A DNA stretch of 64,000 nucleotides from a virus, in IMG/VR virus record IMGVR_UViG_3300044692_000034, positions 64,001 through 128,000 of that record. The stretch is one strand, 5' to 3'. How positions within the stretch are numbered: the first letter of the stretch is position 1; each line of letters starts with the position of its first letter. Below the pieces are notes generated by a model, which saw nothing but the letters and a program-made list of their open reading frames with translations, made no database searches and had not been told where the DNA came from. Positions 8,440-17,626 of this stretch are shown here, piece by piece. The translations under genes were made by a program, and so were the position numbers.

Positions 8440-9036
8440 CTAGCAGCCGACCCAGGCGCCGGCCCCTTGTTCCTTGTAGATGCGTGCCGCGCACGCGTCC
8501 TGGTCTCCTGGCACGTTCACGTCCAAGCCTTGGCAGACGCCGCCGGGCGAGTAGTGCGACCTGAGCGTCTGCCACCGGCCCGTTGCCCCCGACGAAGGAT
8601 TGGTGTTCGCCGGCCCCGTCGAGTAGTTGCCGTGAGACTCGTCCGCGCACGCCGGCAAGTTGGCGGCCACCCCGGACGAGACAACGCCGCTCGGTGCCTG
8701 CGGCGCGCCCATGGTGCGTGTGAGCAGCGGCGGCCCCGGCCACGGCACGCGCGCGCGCAACGCGCGGAGCTGCCGCAACGACTGCGCGATCTCGCCGCAG
8801 TGCGATGGCCTGATCTTGTGCGCACCGCTGTGGTAGCGATACCTGACCCCGAGGCGCCGGATGTTCCTGCCCGGTGCCCTGCGCCCGAACTTGTGACGTA
8901 CGGCGTAGTACTGCGCCGAGTAGTCCACGAGGAGTTTCCTCTCTCCGCAGACGGTGTGGCTCTGTTGCGTCGCCGCTTGCGCTGACCCTGTATGGAGCGC
9001 AGCGGTCGCAACGAGGACCGCTGTTAGCAGCCTCAT
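8440..9036 (-). CDS. secreted Rpf-like (resuscitation-promoting factor / lysozyme-fold) transglycosylase
   Basis: Signal peptide; C-terminal CADESHGNY...GRWQ...DQDACAARIYKEQGAGAWVGC resembles the Rpf consensus. Confidence 0.7.
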   Translation of the reverse strand: MRLLTAVLVATAALHTGSAQAATQQSHTVCGERKLLVDYSAQYYAVRHKFGRRAPGRNIRRLGVRYRYHSGAHKIRPSHCGEIAQSLRQLRALRARVPWPGPPLLTRTMGAPQAPSGVVSSGVAANLPACADESHGNYSTGPANTNPSSGATGRWQTLRSHYSPGGVCQGLDVNVPGDQDACAARIYKEQGAGAWVGC

Positions 9037-9110
9037 TCACCGACCTCCTTCGTTGGAAGCGGCGGACGCTAGCAGCCCTTATCTGTGCATGTCCATCAGC
9101 CATATGGCCA

Positions 9111-10127
9111 CTAGAAGAGCTGGTCCACAGAGGGGTACACGGTCAGCGGGGTTTGAGGCCAGCCGCGCATTGCTGTCGGTTGCTCCCTGACTTGTAGCCG
9201 CTCAGGGAAGTCGGGCAGCATGTCGGCCTTGCCAGGAAGGCCGTGCGCTCGCGCCCACCGCGTCCCCATCTGCTTCACGTGGACGGCGGTCGGCTTCTGT
9301 TCTTCGATGTCGAAGATGGGTTGGATCGGGTTGTGGGCTCGCCACACGAGGTCCCACATCCAATTTTCGTCGACGGGGCGTGCTTTTGGGCCGCTCTCTC
9401 CACCGATGATGATCTCGTCGATGTCGCGCAACGACAAGCCGCCATCGGTCTCGTCATGACCATCGTGCCAGTAGTGCCGCTCGCGCATGTCACCGGGGTC
9501 GCCGGTCTGCATGTCGCGCGGGTACGGATCATAGCTCGTGGTGTACATGGGGAGTAGCGGCCCGAGCAGCGGCTCAGCGCTGATAAACCGCACTGCCGTG
9601 TTCGTGTCGCGAAGCAGGTCGGCGCGCGACACGAACGCACGGTTCTCGATCGTAACGCCATGCCAGATGTGCGCTGGTGTCGGAAGGCCACCGCCGGAGA
9701 TGCTGTCGGCTGCTGCGTGGTGTCCTTGCGACGTGAGCAGAATGCGCAGGTTGGCCCAGAACGCCGTGTTGTTGAGCAGATTCCTCATTCGCTCAGGGCG
9801 TTTGGTCAGGACGCGGTAGATGTGCTGTGGTGCGGCCATCATCGTCGCGTACACCTGCAAGATGAACCCGACCTGGATGTCGTCGTGGAACAGGTCGCTG
9901 AGCGAATTGACGAAGATCATGCGCGGCGACGTCCATCGGATGGGGACTTCAAGTCTGTTCGGATGAAGCGTGATCGGTATCTCGCCGCGCTCGAACCGCA
10001 TGCCGCGCTCACGGAACGGCATCGTGTCGGCGATGTAGCAGTGAGCGCATCCGGGGCTGATCTTCCGACAGCCCCACGTCGGGTTCCAAGTGTCTGTCGC
10101 CCATGAAATAGCCGTGCGACCAGGCAC
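9111..10127 (-). CDS. phage Gp37/Gp68 (DUF5131) radical-SAM-like protein
   Basis: TWNPTWGCRKISPGCAHCY, FVNSLSDLFH, LTKRPER, SAEPLLGP, IGGESG. Confidence 0.9.
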   Translation of the reverse strand: MPGRTAISWATDTWNPTWGCRKISPGCAHCYIADTMPFRERGMRFERGEIPITLHPNRLEVPIRWTSPRMIFVNSLSDLFHDDIQVGFILQVYATMMAAPQHIYRVLTKRPERMRNLLNNTAFWANLRILLTSQGHHAAADSISGGGLPTPAHIWHGVTIENRAFVSRADLLRDTNTAVRFISAEPLLGPLLPMYTTSYDPYPRDMQTGDPGDMRERHYWHDGHDETDGGLSLRDIDEIIIGGESGPKARPVDENWMWDLVWRAHNPIQPIFDIEEQKPTAVHVKQMGTRWARAHGLPGKADMLPDFPERLQVREQPTAMRGWPQTPLTVYPSVDQLF

Positions 10128-10336
10128 TACTTCACCATCTCCCTCATCGTTCTGACGTACACCTCGGCGTGCCCGAGCATGTCATCAAACGATGCGACGA
10201 GCCGGGCGCGTATCGCCGCGAGCATCCGCGCCCCGTGACATGCGCTGACCATGCCAGCGCAATCCTCCCCTGCACGCGCGTTGCAGTCAGGGCAAGAGAC
10301 TTCGGCGATCGCCTCGTACACGGTTGGTGCTTTCAT
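10127..10336 (-). CDS. small zinc-finger protein
   Basis: CPDCNARAGEDC...H.AR; ATGA-coupled start. Confidence 0.55.
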   Translation of the reverse strand: MKAPTVYEAIAEVSCPDCNARAGEDCAGMVSACHGARMLAAIRARLVASFDDMLGHAEVYVRTMREMVK

Positions 10337-10833
10337 TCTGGCCACCCCAGGTAGTTCGGGCACTTGTCAGGCCCGTGCTCTGAGAGTTTGCCACCGTGAC
10401 CGCATCGCAGGCACGTGCGCACCACATGCCCTTCGTAAACGGCGTTGCCTTCGACCCACTCTACGTCCCACCACAGCGGTGTGTCAGCCGTGAGCCCGAT
10501 CTTCAGGAGCCTGCGCGCCTCAACCCGGCCTGCTTCCTTCAAGCGGTACTGAGCCCTGCCCCTGTGCCCGTACGTAGACCACGCGTAGCCGCGCCGCACG
10601 AGTGCCGTACACGCGCCCCCGAGCACAAACCCCGGCTGCTGCCACCCCGAGTACGAGTGCCCTCCCTTCGCGCCGCTGCCGTTCCTGCGTACCCCGTGCC
10701 CGAGCTTCGCGCGGTACGCGAGGTCGCTCGCGAGAGCGGGGCCGTGCCCTGACACCATTTCAAGGTCGTACAGCGCGAGTAGCAGGCGCTGCCCCGTCGG
10801 TGTTAGTGGCGTATCCCGACCCGTGCCCGCCAT
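10333..10833 (-). CDS. hypothetical protein (winged-helix-like with C-terminal Zn ribbon)
   Basis: ORF in the operon; LTPTGQRLLLAL...YRLKEAG; CLRCGH. Confidence 0.5.
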   Translation of the reverse strand: MAGTGRDTPLTPTGQRLLLALYDLEMVSGHGPALASDLAYRAKLGHGVRRNGSGAKGGHSYSGWQQPGFVLGGACTALVRRGYAWSTYGHRGRAQYRLKEAGRVEARRLLKIGLTADTPLWWDVEWVEGNAVYEGHVVRTCLRCGHGGKLSEHGPDKCPNYLGWPE

Positions 10834-10994
10834 GACGTGTCGTCAGCTCCTTGGTCGATGTCGTCGTAGCGGATCGCTGCGAGCCCGTTCCTGAGGCCGG
10901 CCGCGACACCTTGAGCCGGCCGCCCGGCATCGAGGTCACGTAGCGCCAGCTCCAGCAACAACCTCAGCGATGCCTGCTGCTCACTGTCTGCCAT
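10803..10994 (-). CDS. hypothetical protein
   Basis: GAGGAG RBS upstream of the ATG. Confidence 0.45.
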   Translation of the reverse strand: MADSEQQASLRLLLELALRDLDAGRPAQGVAAGLRNGLAAIRYDDIDQGADDTSWRARVGIRH

Positions 10995-11017
10995 GCCCTG
11001 CTCCTCTCCAGAGACAG

Positions 11018-11045
11018 CAGAGCCCCGGCGGCGGCCGGGGCTCTG
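11018..11045 (-). terminator. hairpin terminator downstream of the Lys/Ala-rich gene
   Basis: Perfect 11-bp inverted repeat CAGAGCCCCGG/CCGGGGCTCTG. Confidence 0.55.
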
Positions 11046-11070
11046 TCAGCGTGCGTGTCCTGGCGTACGG

Positions 11071-11685
11071 CTAGGCGGCCTGCGCCGGCTCGGACTCGGG
11101 GGTGTCGGCGCCACCCTGGCCGTCGCCCGCGTCCTCCTTCTTCGCGGGCGCGGCGGCGGCGAGCCGATCCTCGGCCGTCCCGTCGAGCTGCCAGCCGTAC
11201 GCGATCAGCGCGGCGGCCACGTGACGCGGCCGGATCGCGGCGGCCTCGTCGACCTGGCCGACGAGCGCCTTGAGGGGCTTCGTCGAGCCGCCCTCGGACC
11301 GGGCGAACGCGGCGAGGCGCTCGCTCGCGGACTCGAACGTCGGCGCGCTCTCGCCCTCGGGCACCTCGACGCCGTCGCCGTACAGGCCGGCGATGACGAG
11401 CAGGTTCTCCGTGGTCTCCCCGCCGGCCTTCTTGAGCGCCTTCGTGAACGCCCTGTCCATGAAGTCCTGCTGCTTCGGCGACGCCGGATTCTTGTAGCCC
11501 GGGACGAGCCGGACGAGCTTCGAACGCTGGACGACGTGGTCCTTGTACTTCGCGCGGCCAGTGCCGGCCTTCTTCGCGGCGGTCTTCTTCGCGACGGGCT
11601 TGGCCGCCGGAGTACCCGACGCCTTCTGCGCCCGCGCGGCGGCCTTCTCGGCTGCGCTGATCGTGGGGGTCTTTTCGTTGGCCAC
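11071..11685 (-). CDS. Lys/Ala-rich putative DNA-binding (histone-like) protein
   Basis: PAAKPVAKKTAAKKAG tract; strong GAGGAGG RBS; has its own promoter and terminator. Confidence 0.65.
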   Translation of the reverse strand: MANEKTPTISAAEKAAARAQKASGTPAAKPVAKKTAAKKAGTGRAKYKDHVVQRSKLVRLVPGYKNPASPKQQDFMDRAFTKALKKAGGETTENLLVIAGLYGDGVEVPEGESAPTFESASERLAAFARSEGGSTKPLKALVGQVDEAAAIRPRHVAAALIAYGWQLDGTAEDRLAAAAPAKKEDAGDGQGGADTPESEPAQAA

Positions 11686-11740
11686 TTCGGGGGTCCTCCT
11701 CTGGGGTCTTGCACGCCTTGCGGTCGTTGTCTAGAACTCG

Positions 11741-11768
11741 ACTATACAGACGGCTGACCGGTTTACAA
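11741..11768 (-). promoter_or_regulatory. sigma70-like promoter
   Basis: TTGTAA-16nt-TATAGT upstream of 11685. Confidence 0.55.
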
Positions 11769-11804
11769 GGGGTTGCGGCGAAAAATTTCTGCGCCGCAGC
11801 TCGG

Positions 11805-12029
11805 CTAGTCAGCGTCGTCGAAGTACTCGTACCCGACCCTGACGATCTTCTCACCGGTGTCGGCGCGGCACGCGACGATCTCGTTCCCGCCGTGATGCAG
11901 GCACATCTGCCATGCCGCATCCCTCGCGGCGGCGGCGTCGACCATCCCGTTCTCGTCGACATTGACATTGGCCGTATACCCGAGCGGGCTCTCTTCGTTG
12001 TCGCGGTAGAAGTTGATGCGTGCGATCAT
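11805..12029 (-). CDS. hypothetical protein
   Basis: GGAG RBS; coding-like codon bias. Confidence 0.6.
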   Translation of the reverse strand: MIARINFYRDNEESPLGYTANVNVDENGMVDAAAARDAAWQMCLHHGGNEIVACRADTGEKIVRVGYEYFDDAD

Positions 12030-12094
12030 CGTGGTCTCCGTTTAGACACGAAAGGGCGGCGTGCCGAAGCGACGCCGCCGAGTGTACGTGGTTG

Positions 12095-13171
12095 CTACGC
12101 CACCGCGACTTCGTGGATCAGCGCGCGCAGCTCTCGCTTCTCCCGCGAGTTCCGCAGCATGGAATCGGTGAAGCGCGTCTCGCGACTGCGGTTGCCCTTC
12201 AGGTGGTCGAGGAACTCCGTGCCGGCGAGATGCAGCCCGTAGCCTGTACCACGGTGCGCGTCCGGGATCGTCGGGGAGTTCTCCAGCAGGTTGCGAACGG
12301 CCGCGCGAGCCGTCTCGATGTTCTGCACCTTGGTGTCGCTGACGACGCTCGTGATCGCCTCGGGCGGCATCGGGATGAAGCGCTTCACGAACTCCTCGCG
12401 GCGCATCTTGTTGATCTTCAGCTTGGCCAGTTCGTTGGCCATCGTGACGTACACCGGCGTCTGCGTGCGCAGGCCCTTCAGCGCGTCGCGGGCCTCCTCG
12501 ATGCGCTCGGCGTAGTTCGCCGTGTGCCGGAACGTGAAGTTCGTGCCGAGGCGGTTGGCCTCGGCCTCGCTCGCGGCCTCGGTGTTGGCGCAGACGACGC
12601 GGACGGTGGTGGAGCGTGCCTTGAGGCTCGCTGTCCCGTCATGCGCCCACGTGACACAGATGAACGGAAGGATGGGGGAGTCGTCGCCCTTGATCTGGAT
12701 GGGCTCGTCGAGCCACGCGAGGACCCAGCAGAGCGCGCCCATCTTGAGGACGCCGGCGGACTCGTACTTGGCGTTGCCGGACGTGTCCGCGCCGAGGATC
12801 ATGTCCATGACGTCCCAGCCGACCGAGTTCTGGATCAGGGTGTACGACTCCTTGCCCTGGAACATGATCTGGTCGTGCGTCGGGTCGCCGGGCATGTCCT
12901 TGACCATCGTCTTCCAGCCGGGCGTCTCGCCCTTGCAGTAGAAGATGTCGCCGTCAGGCATGACGATGTACGGCTTGTCGAACCCGGGCCTGGCGAAGTC
13001 GTCGAGGTCGACGGGGTCGCCAATGCGAGCGGAGCGCTCCTCGACGATCGTGAAGTCATGGCCCGCCAACTTGATCGCTTCCTCTCGGCCGGGGAAGTCT
13101 TCCAGGACCGTTCCGAGTCCGTGCCACGCGGGCTCGTTCACAAAAAAACCGTCTTCGAAGTAGGCGGGCAT
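12095..13171 (-). CDS. DUF932 (LGT_TIGR03299) phage/plasmid protein
   Basis: PAWHGLG, YESAGVL, AHDGT, VRVVCANT, FRHT motifs. Confidence 0.9.
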   Translation of the reverse strand: MPAYFEDGFFVNEPAWHGLGTVLEDFPGREEAIKLAGHDFTIVEERSARIGDPVDLDDFARPGFDKPYIVMPDGDIFYCKGETPGWKTMVKDMPGDPTHDQIMFQGKESYTLIQNSVGWDVMDMILGADTSGNAKYESAGVLKMGALCWVLAWLDEPIQIKGDDSPILPFICVTWAHDGTASLKARSTTVRVVCANTEAASEAEANRLGTNFTFRHTANYAERIEEARDALKGLRTQTPVYVTMANELAKLKINKMRREEFVKRFIPMPPEAITSVVSDTKVQNIETARAAVRNLLENSPTIPDAHRGTGYGLHLAGTEFLDHLKGNRSRETRFTDSMLRNSREKRELRALIHEVAVA

Positions 13172-13217
13172 GCTAGGCGCTCCTCGGGGTGTTGGCGGTG
13201 GGCTGCATTGAGGAGCA

Positions 13218-13261
13218 AAGCTACAGGTACGCACTGTTCCTCTCAACAGTTGCCGTCAACT
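13218..13261 (-). promoter_or_regulatory. putative promoter with adjacent palindrome
   Basis: TTGAGA-17nt-TAGCTT; AGTTG-ACGG-CAACT inverted repeat just upstream of the -35. Confidence 0.4.
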
Positions 13262-13267
13262 TTGCAT

Positions 13268-13681
13268 CTACACCGCCAGTCCAAACTGCACATGTCCGCC
13301 GCGTAGCTTCTTTTCGGTATGCGGATACTCGAACTCGAACGTAAGCTGGTCGCCGTAGTCGACGTAGATCGGCTCACGCACGCGAGGCGTCACGGGGCTG
13401 CCGTCAAGCGGCTCATTGAAATGCGGACGGCGTACGCTCGCGACGCGTACCAACGGGACATGCACATCCCCGGAACCGTCCCACAACTTCGCGAACGCGC
13501 TCGACGCCGCCACGTGCTCGACATAGCCGCGCACACGCGCCCGGTCTGCCGGCGCATCCCGCACATCCACCGTGCCGGCGTGCGCGCCCTGCATGAGCAC
13601 AACGACCTCACGCTGAGACGCCCACGCGCCGCGCAGCTCCCACGCGATTACATCGGGTTGCCGTTCAGGGTGCAGACTCAC
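13268..13681 (-). CDS. hypothetical protein
   Basis: ORF in the minus-strand gene array. Confidence 0.5.
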   Translation of the reverse strand: MSLHPERQPDVIAWELRGAWASQREVVVLMQGAHAGTVDVRDAPADRARVRGYVEHVAASSAFAKLWDGSGDVHVPLVRVASVRRPHFNEPLDGSPVTPRVREPIYVDYGDQLTFEFEYPHTEKKLRGGHVQFGLAV

Positions 13682-13860
13682 TCGGCGTCTCCTGATGAGC
13701 CACGCCGAGGTAGAAGCCGCTCGTGCTCAGCTCGCCCAGCAAATCGCCGGCGGCGTGAGAGTCAGAGCGTAGGCCGTTGACGCGTCGCATCGCAGCCATG
13801 AGAGCCGACACCGCATCGAGAGCGTTGACGCGGTGCAGAGTGTTCGGCGGGCGGTCCACG

Positions 13861-14409
13861 TCACCCATCGTAAACCACCGGCACAACCGCCTTCGGTATG
13901 TACAGCGGGTGCTCAGGCTCGCCGCCCTTGCACAGCCTGAGCGCGTACAGCTCGCTACGCGCCGCGTCCCGTAGCAGGCGCGTTACGTGCTGAGCCCTGC
14001 CGTCGACAGGGCCTTTGTTGGCGCCCCACGCGCACACGATGCGGCCGGCGCGCGCAGCCTCTTGCGTGAGGTAGTTGTCGTTGAGTGGCCCTACCGGGTC
14101 CTCGGCCGCCGCCATGTCACGCGGCTTCGTCGCTCGGTACGCGTACAGGTTGCAGACGACCAAGCCGCCATACCCCCAGCGCTGCGCGTACCCGACGCAC
14201 TTACGCACCGTCGGGTCGAGCTTGTGTTCCGTCGCTGTGCTCGGGTTGAGCATGACGAACAAACAGATCTGGACGGTGTGGTCCCACACGCGCCAGAGCC
14301 GGTATCTGTGAACCGGCTCGGCAGTCCCGTTCTTGTGGTACGTGGCTCCCTCTCGACCAAGGATGTCGCCCCACGCTTCGATGACGGGAGACTCAGTTGC
14401 CTCGTTCAC
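13861..14409 (-). CDS. DUF1643 family protein
   Basis: YRLWRVW, FVMLNPSTA, DPTVRKC, NLYAYRATKP, CAWG, PEHPLY. Confidence 0.9.
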   Translation of the reverse strand: MNEATESPVIEAWGDILGREGATYHKNGTAEPVHRYRLWRVWDHTVQICLFVMLNPSTATEHKLDPTVRKCVGYAQRWGYGGLVVCNLYAYRATKPRDMAAAEDPVGPLNDNYLTQEAARAGRIVCAWGANKGPVDGRAQHVTRLLRDAARSELYALRLCKGGEPEHPLYIPKAVVPVVYDG

Positions 14410-14623
14410 CTTGCGACTCCTTTATGACGTCGTCGATGGCCTTGTCGACGGTGCGCCGCATCAGCTCCTTCATCTGTGGATCGTCCATGTACAGCCACGG
14501 GCTCAGGTCGTAGATGCTGCATCCCAGGGCCTCGGCGACCTCGCCGAGGTTCTTGCCCTCGGTGCTGTACATGTGCCGAGCACGCGCCATAGCTTCTTCA
14601 GAGAGCCGAAACGGGCGAGCCAT
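14393..14623 (-). CDS. small HTH DNA-binding protein
   Basis: GKNLGEVAEALGCSIYDL; GGAGG RBS. Confidence 0.6.
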   Translation of the reverse strand: MARPFRLSEEAMARARHMYSTEGKNLGEVAEALGCSIYDLSPWLYMDDPQMKELMRRTVDKAIDDVIKESQGERGN

Positions 14624-15893
14624 CGCCGTATACCTCCGCCGCTCGCAGATGCTCTTCGACTTGCGCGATGTACCGCTGGACGTCAGCGGCCGGACCCCGC
14701 TCGGCCGGTGCGGTCGGCAGCGACCACACTTCCCACCAGTACATGTCGATTCCCTCGAACCATGCTTGCGCGACACCGACTCTGGCTTCGCTGCCCTTGC
14801 GCCAGCGGTACAGCGCCCTCTCTGAGAGCCCCAGCCGCTTGGCCAAGCTCTCTTCGCTGAGCACCGTCACGTGCGTGCCGTCTTCAGCGATGTCGACGTA
14901 AGCCGCGAGGTACGCCTCAATGGCAGCAAGCAACGCCCGTGAGTCGATTGTCTTGTAGTTGCGCTGTGTGCGCACCTGCGTCGACTTCGGAACTACCTGG
15001 TCGGGGTGGACCCCCTCGCGCTTCTCCTTCCGGAGTCGGTAGCCGATACGACCGACCTCCAGAGCTTGAGCGTGTCGGACGGGGTCCTGCTTACGGCGCT
15101 CGCGGTACGCCTTCTGCGACGCCCTGACCTTCTCTCTGTTCCGCGCGCGCCACCGCCTTGACGCGGCCGTGTCAAGCTCGCGCTTGCGTTGCCGTGCCTC
15201 CTCGGTCATGACACCTTTCCGGTACGTGACCCAGTTCTTGTCGCACGTCTTGCAGTAGTACCGCTCTTCGCCGTAGAACCCTTCGGCGAGAGGCTTGACG
15301 TCCTTGCAGCGTGCGCAGCGCCGCACAACGACGCCGTCTTCCTCCCAGGTGGCGCGGCGAGCTTGCGCCCGCTCCTCCCGCTCAGCTTCTTCTTTGTCGT
15401 GGCACGCCTGGCAGACAGCCGACCGCCGCCGCGACACACCACGGCCCTTCTTCCCGTCCCCCCACGGGAACGCGCGGCCCGGCTTCTTCTCAAGGCAGTG
15501 GAAGCAATGCCGCCACGTACACAGCGGCCCATCGAGCTTGCACTCCTCGCACTTCTGCTGCCGGCCGACGAGAGTGCCCCTACCGCACGGGCACGGCTTC
15601 ACCACCGTCTGCTTGCCCGTCCGGGTCTGTCCCGCAGAGCGGGCAAGCTCCGACGAAGGCACCGTCTGGTTCGACCCAGGATCCGCAGCCGGTGCAACGG
15701 CGAGCGCCGTGACCGACGAACCGCCAGCGTTCGTCGTCTCCGCGTCCGACTCGTCGGTAGAGATACCGCCCACGAGCAGCTTCAGCGTGGCACCACCCTC
15801 GCGAGTCGATCCACCTGAACGTCTCCGACCGCGCGGTCGCGGTTGAGCCGTCGAAAGGTCCTCCTTCGACGGCTCTGCGGGCCATGCGCTCAC
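14598..15893 (-). CDS. multi-zinc-finger / basic / HTH protein (start uncertain)
   Basis: Several CxxC pairs, an Arg-rich helix and a C-terminal HTH (LAKRLGLSERALYRW). Confidence 0.6.
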   Translation of the reverse strand: MSAWPAEPSKEDLSTAQPRPRGRRRSGGSTREGGATLKLLVGGISTDESDAETTNAGGSSVTALAVAPAADPGSNQTVPSSELARSAGQTRTGKQTVVKPCPCGRGTLVGRQQKCEECKLDGPLCTWRHCFHCLEKKPGRAFPWGDGKKGRGVSRRRSAVCQACHDKEEAEREERAQARRATWEEDGVVVRRCARCKDVKPLAEGFYGEERYYCKTCDKNWVTYRKGVMTEEARQRKRELDTAASRRWRARNREKVRASQKAYRERRKQDPVRHAQALEVGRIGYRLRKEKREGVHPDQVVPKSTQVRTQRNYKTIDSRALLAAIEAYLAAYVDIAEDGTHVTVLSEESLAKRLGLSERALYRWRKGSEARVGVAQAWFEGIDMYWWEVWSLPTAPAERGPAADVQRYIAQVEEHLRAAEVYGDGSPVSAL

Positions 15894-16819
15894 TTGACCG
15901 ACGCGAACAACGCCGCGACGCGCTCGATCTCGTCGTCGGTCGTCCGCGCCTCGACGGCCTGGATGGGCTTGCCGGCGCGGGCGCGCTCGAGGAGCTTTGC
16001 GCGCTGCTCATTGCGCGTGTCATGCAGGCCCTCGATGTAGCTCGCCGGGCGCACGAGACGTTCCATGGCGCGCCCCGCAGCCGCCATCTGCCCCTCGCTG
16101 AGCACGTCCAGGTCGAGCAGGCCCGCAGGCGGGAGCGCGCGTAGCGTCTCCTGCCACGCCAGCTCCAGCACGACGAGGTGAGCGTTATTCTCGTTGCCGC
16201 GAGCGACGACCACCCCAAGCGCCTGATTCGTACGCTTCGTCCATCTGACGACGGCAGCCTTGCCAGTGCGCTTGAGCCCGACGTACACCATGCAGACGAA
16301 CTTGTGCGACGACTGGTCGCGCGGGAGGACGTAGTGCGCGTCGCGAACCAGCTCGCGCGGCACGTGCGCGAGCGAGACGGTCGCCTCGATGTTCATGCCG
16401 TCGATCTTGGTGTTGATGTCGATGGCCTTGAGCTGTTCCGTAAGGTCGACCCACGACTCGGCGTGCCACACGCCCCACTCGATGCGCTCCTCGACGACAG
16501 TGGTCGCCGGCGCCGTAGCCAGCTCCACCGGCGGCGGCTGCTCCTCTTGCGCGAACGGGTCCACGTCCGCCTGAGCGGGAGCCGGTGCGGCTGCCGGCGC
16601 CGGTGCGCGCACGGGCTCGATGATCGGCCCTTCGTCGAACGGCGCGAAGAGGTCGAGGTTCAGCTCGGGCTGCTGCTCGACGGCAGGTGCCTCGGCGGGT
16701 TCGTTGACGACGACGCGCCTGACCTCGTGCTGCGCCTCCACGAGCTTGCCGGACGCCTTCATGAGCGAGACGTCCGCGCTCGCCCTGCCGACCTTCAGCG
16801 TTGTCCTTTGGTTTGCCAT
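15890..16819 (-). CDS. ku: divergent Ku-like DNA end-binding protein
   Basis: HYVLP...GLKRTGKAAVVRWTKR...LVVLELAWQETLR parallels the prokaryotic Ku core; carries a Pro/Ala-rich insertion. Confidence 0.7.
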   Translation of the reverse strand: MANQRTTLKVGRASADVSLMKASGKLVEAQHEVRRVVVNEPAEAPAVEQQPELNLDLFAPFDEGPIIEPVRAPAPAAAPAPAQADVDPFAQEEQPPPVELATAPATTVVEERIEWGVWHAESWVDLTEQLKAIDINTKIDGMNIEATVSLAHVPRELVRDAHYVLPRDQSSHKFVCMVYVGLKRTGKAAVVRWTKRTNQALGVVVARGNENNAHLVVLELAWQETLRALPPAGLLDLDVLSEGQMAAAGRAMERLVRPASYIEGLHDTRNEQRAKLLERARAGKPIQAVEARTTDDEIERVAALFASVK

Positions 16820-16849
16820 GTTTGTCCTAGCCCCCTGCGTGGACGCGGC

Positions 16850-17614
16850 CTACGCGCCGCGCGTGGTGGTGTGCTTGCCGAGACTGCGGCTCCGTCCCGG
16901 CTCCGCCTGCTCGTCTCCGTCGTCGATCCGGCCGCCGCGCGTCTCGTACATGGCAGCGCTCGCCGACGCGTATACGTCGCTGCCCTGCGATGCGAACGTT
17001 GCCGCGAGCCCGGAGCTGCGACGCATCGACGCCCGCACGCCGGTGTCCGTGGCGGCGTAGTTGAACGCCTCGCCTGCGTCGGCGAGACCCATCTCCCGTG
17101 CCGTCGCCTCGGCCGACTGGTTGGCGCCGATGTACAGGAACCGCCAGCCCTCCTTCTTGCGCTCCGCGATGGCCTCGGCGCACGTCTCCGCCGACGCCTC
17201 GCTCTTGTTGTTCTTGCCGTCGGTGACGATCACCATGAGCACGGAGTCGTCTTCGTCGACGACCTTGTCGATCTCCGCGCCGTACTCGATGATCGCGTCG
17301 AATAGCGGCGTCTTGCCGCGCGGTTTGAAGTCGTCTGACGTGATCTCGTTGACCTTGTCGGGCTTCTCGCCTTTGACCTTGATGCGCAGCACCTCGTGCG
17401 GCGGCTGCCAGTCGAACCACGCCATCCAGATGCGCGTGCCTTTGACACCCTTGAGCCCTGCCGTGAACTCATTGACGCCGACGATGGTTGCCTCCTTGAT
17501 CCTGCCCATCGAGCCGGACTCGTCGAGCAGCATCGCGACGATGCGCTTGCCCTTCGCCTTGGTGTCCTTCACGGCCTTTGCCGCATCGGCGGCCGACTTG
17601 TGGTCGTCTGACAT
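16850..17614 (-). CDS. von Willebrand factor A (MIDAS) domain protein
   Basis: LLDESGSM, PRGKTPLFDA, IVTDG, GWRFLYIGAN. Confidence 0.85.
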   Translation of the reverse strand: MSDDHKSAADAAKAVKDTKAKGKRIVAMLLDESGSMGRIKEATIVGVNEFTAGLKGVKGTRIWMAWFDWQPPHEVLRIKVKGEKPDKVNEITSDDFKPRGKTPLFDAIIEYGAEIDKVVDEDDSVLMVIVTDGKNNKSEASAETCAEAIAERKKEGWRFLYIGANQSAEATAREMGLADAGEAFNYAATDTGVRASMRRSSGLAATFASQGSDVYASASAAMYETRGGRIDDGDEQAEPGRSRSLGKHTTTRGA

Positions 17615-17626
17615 ACGCGTCTCCTC

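Noticed and set aside
12020-13306. Long plus-strand ORFs (also 16178-17305, 20148-21398, 33550-34740, 38584-39933, 48296-49603)
   Set aside because: These are antisense shadows of high-GC3 minus-strand genes that have recognisable motifs.
16850-17614. vWA protein as the Ro60 partner of the Y RNAs
   Set aside because: It is only 254 aa with no TROVE helical domain, and resembles stand-alone phage vWA proteins.
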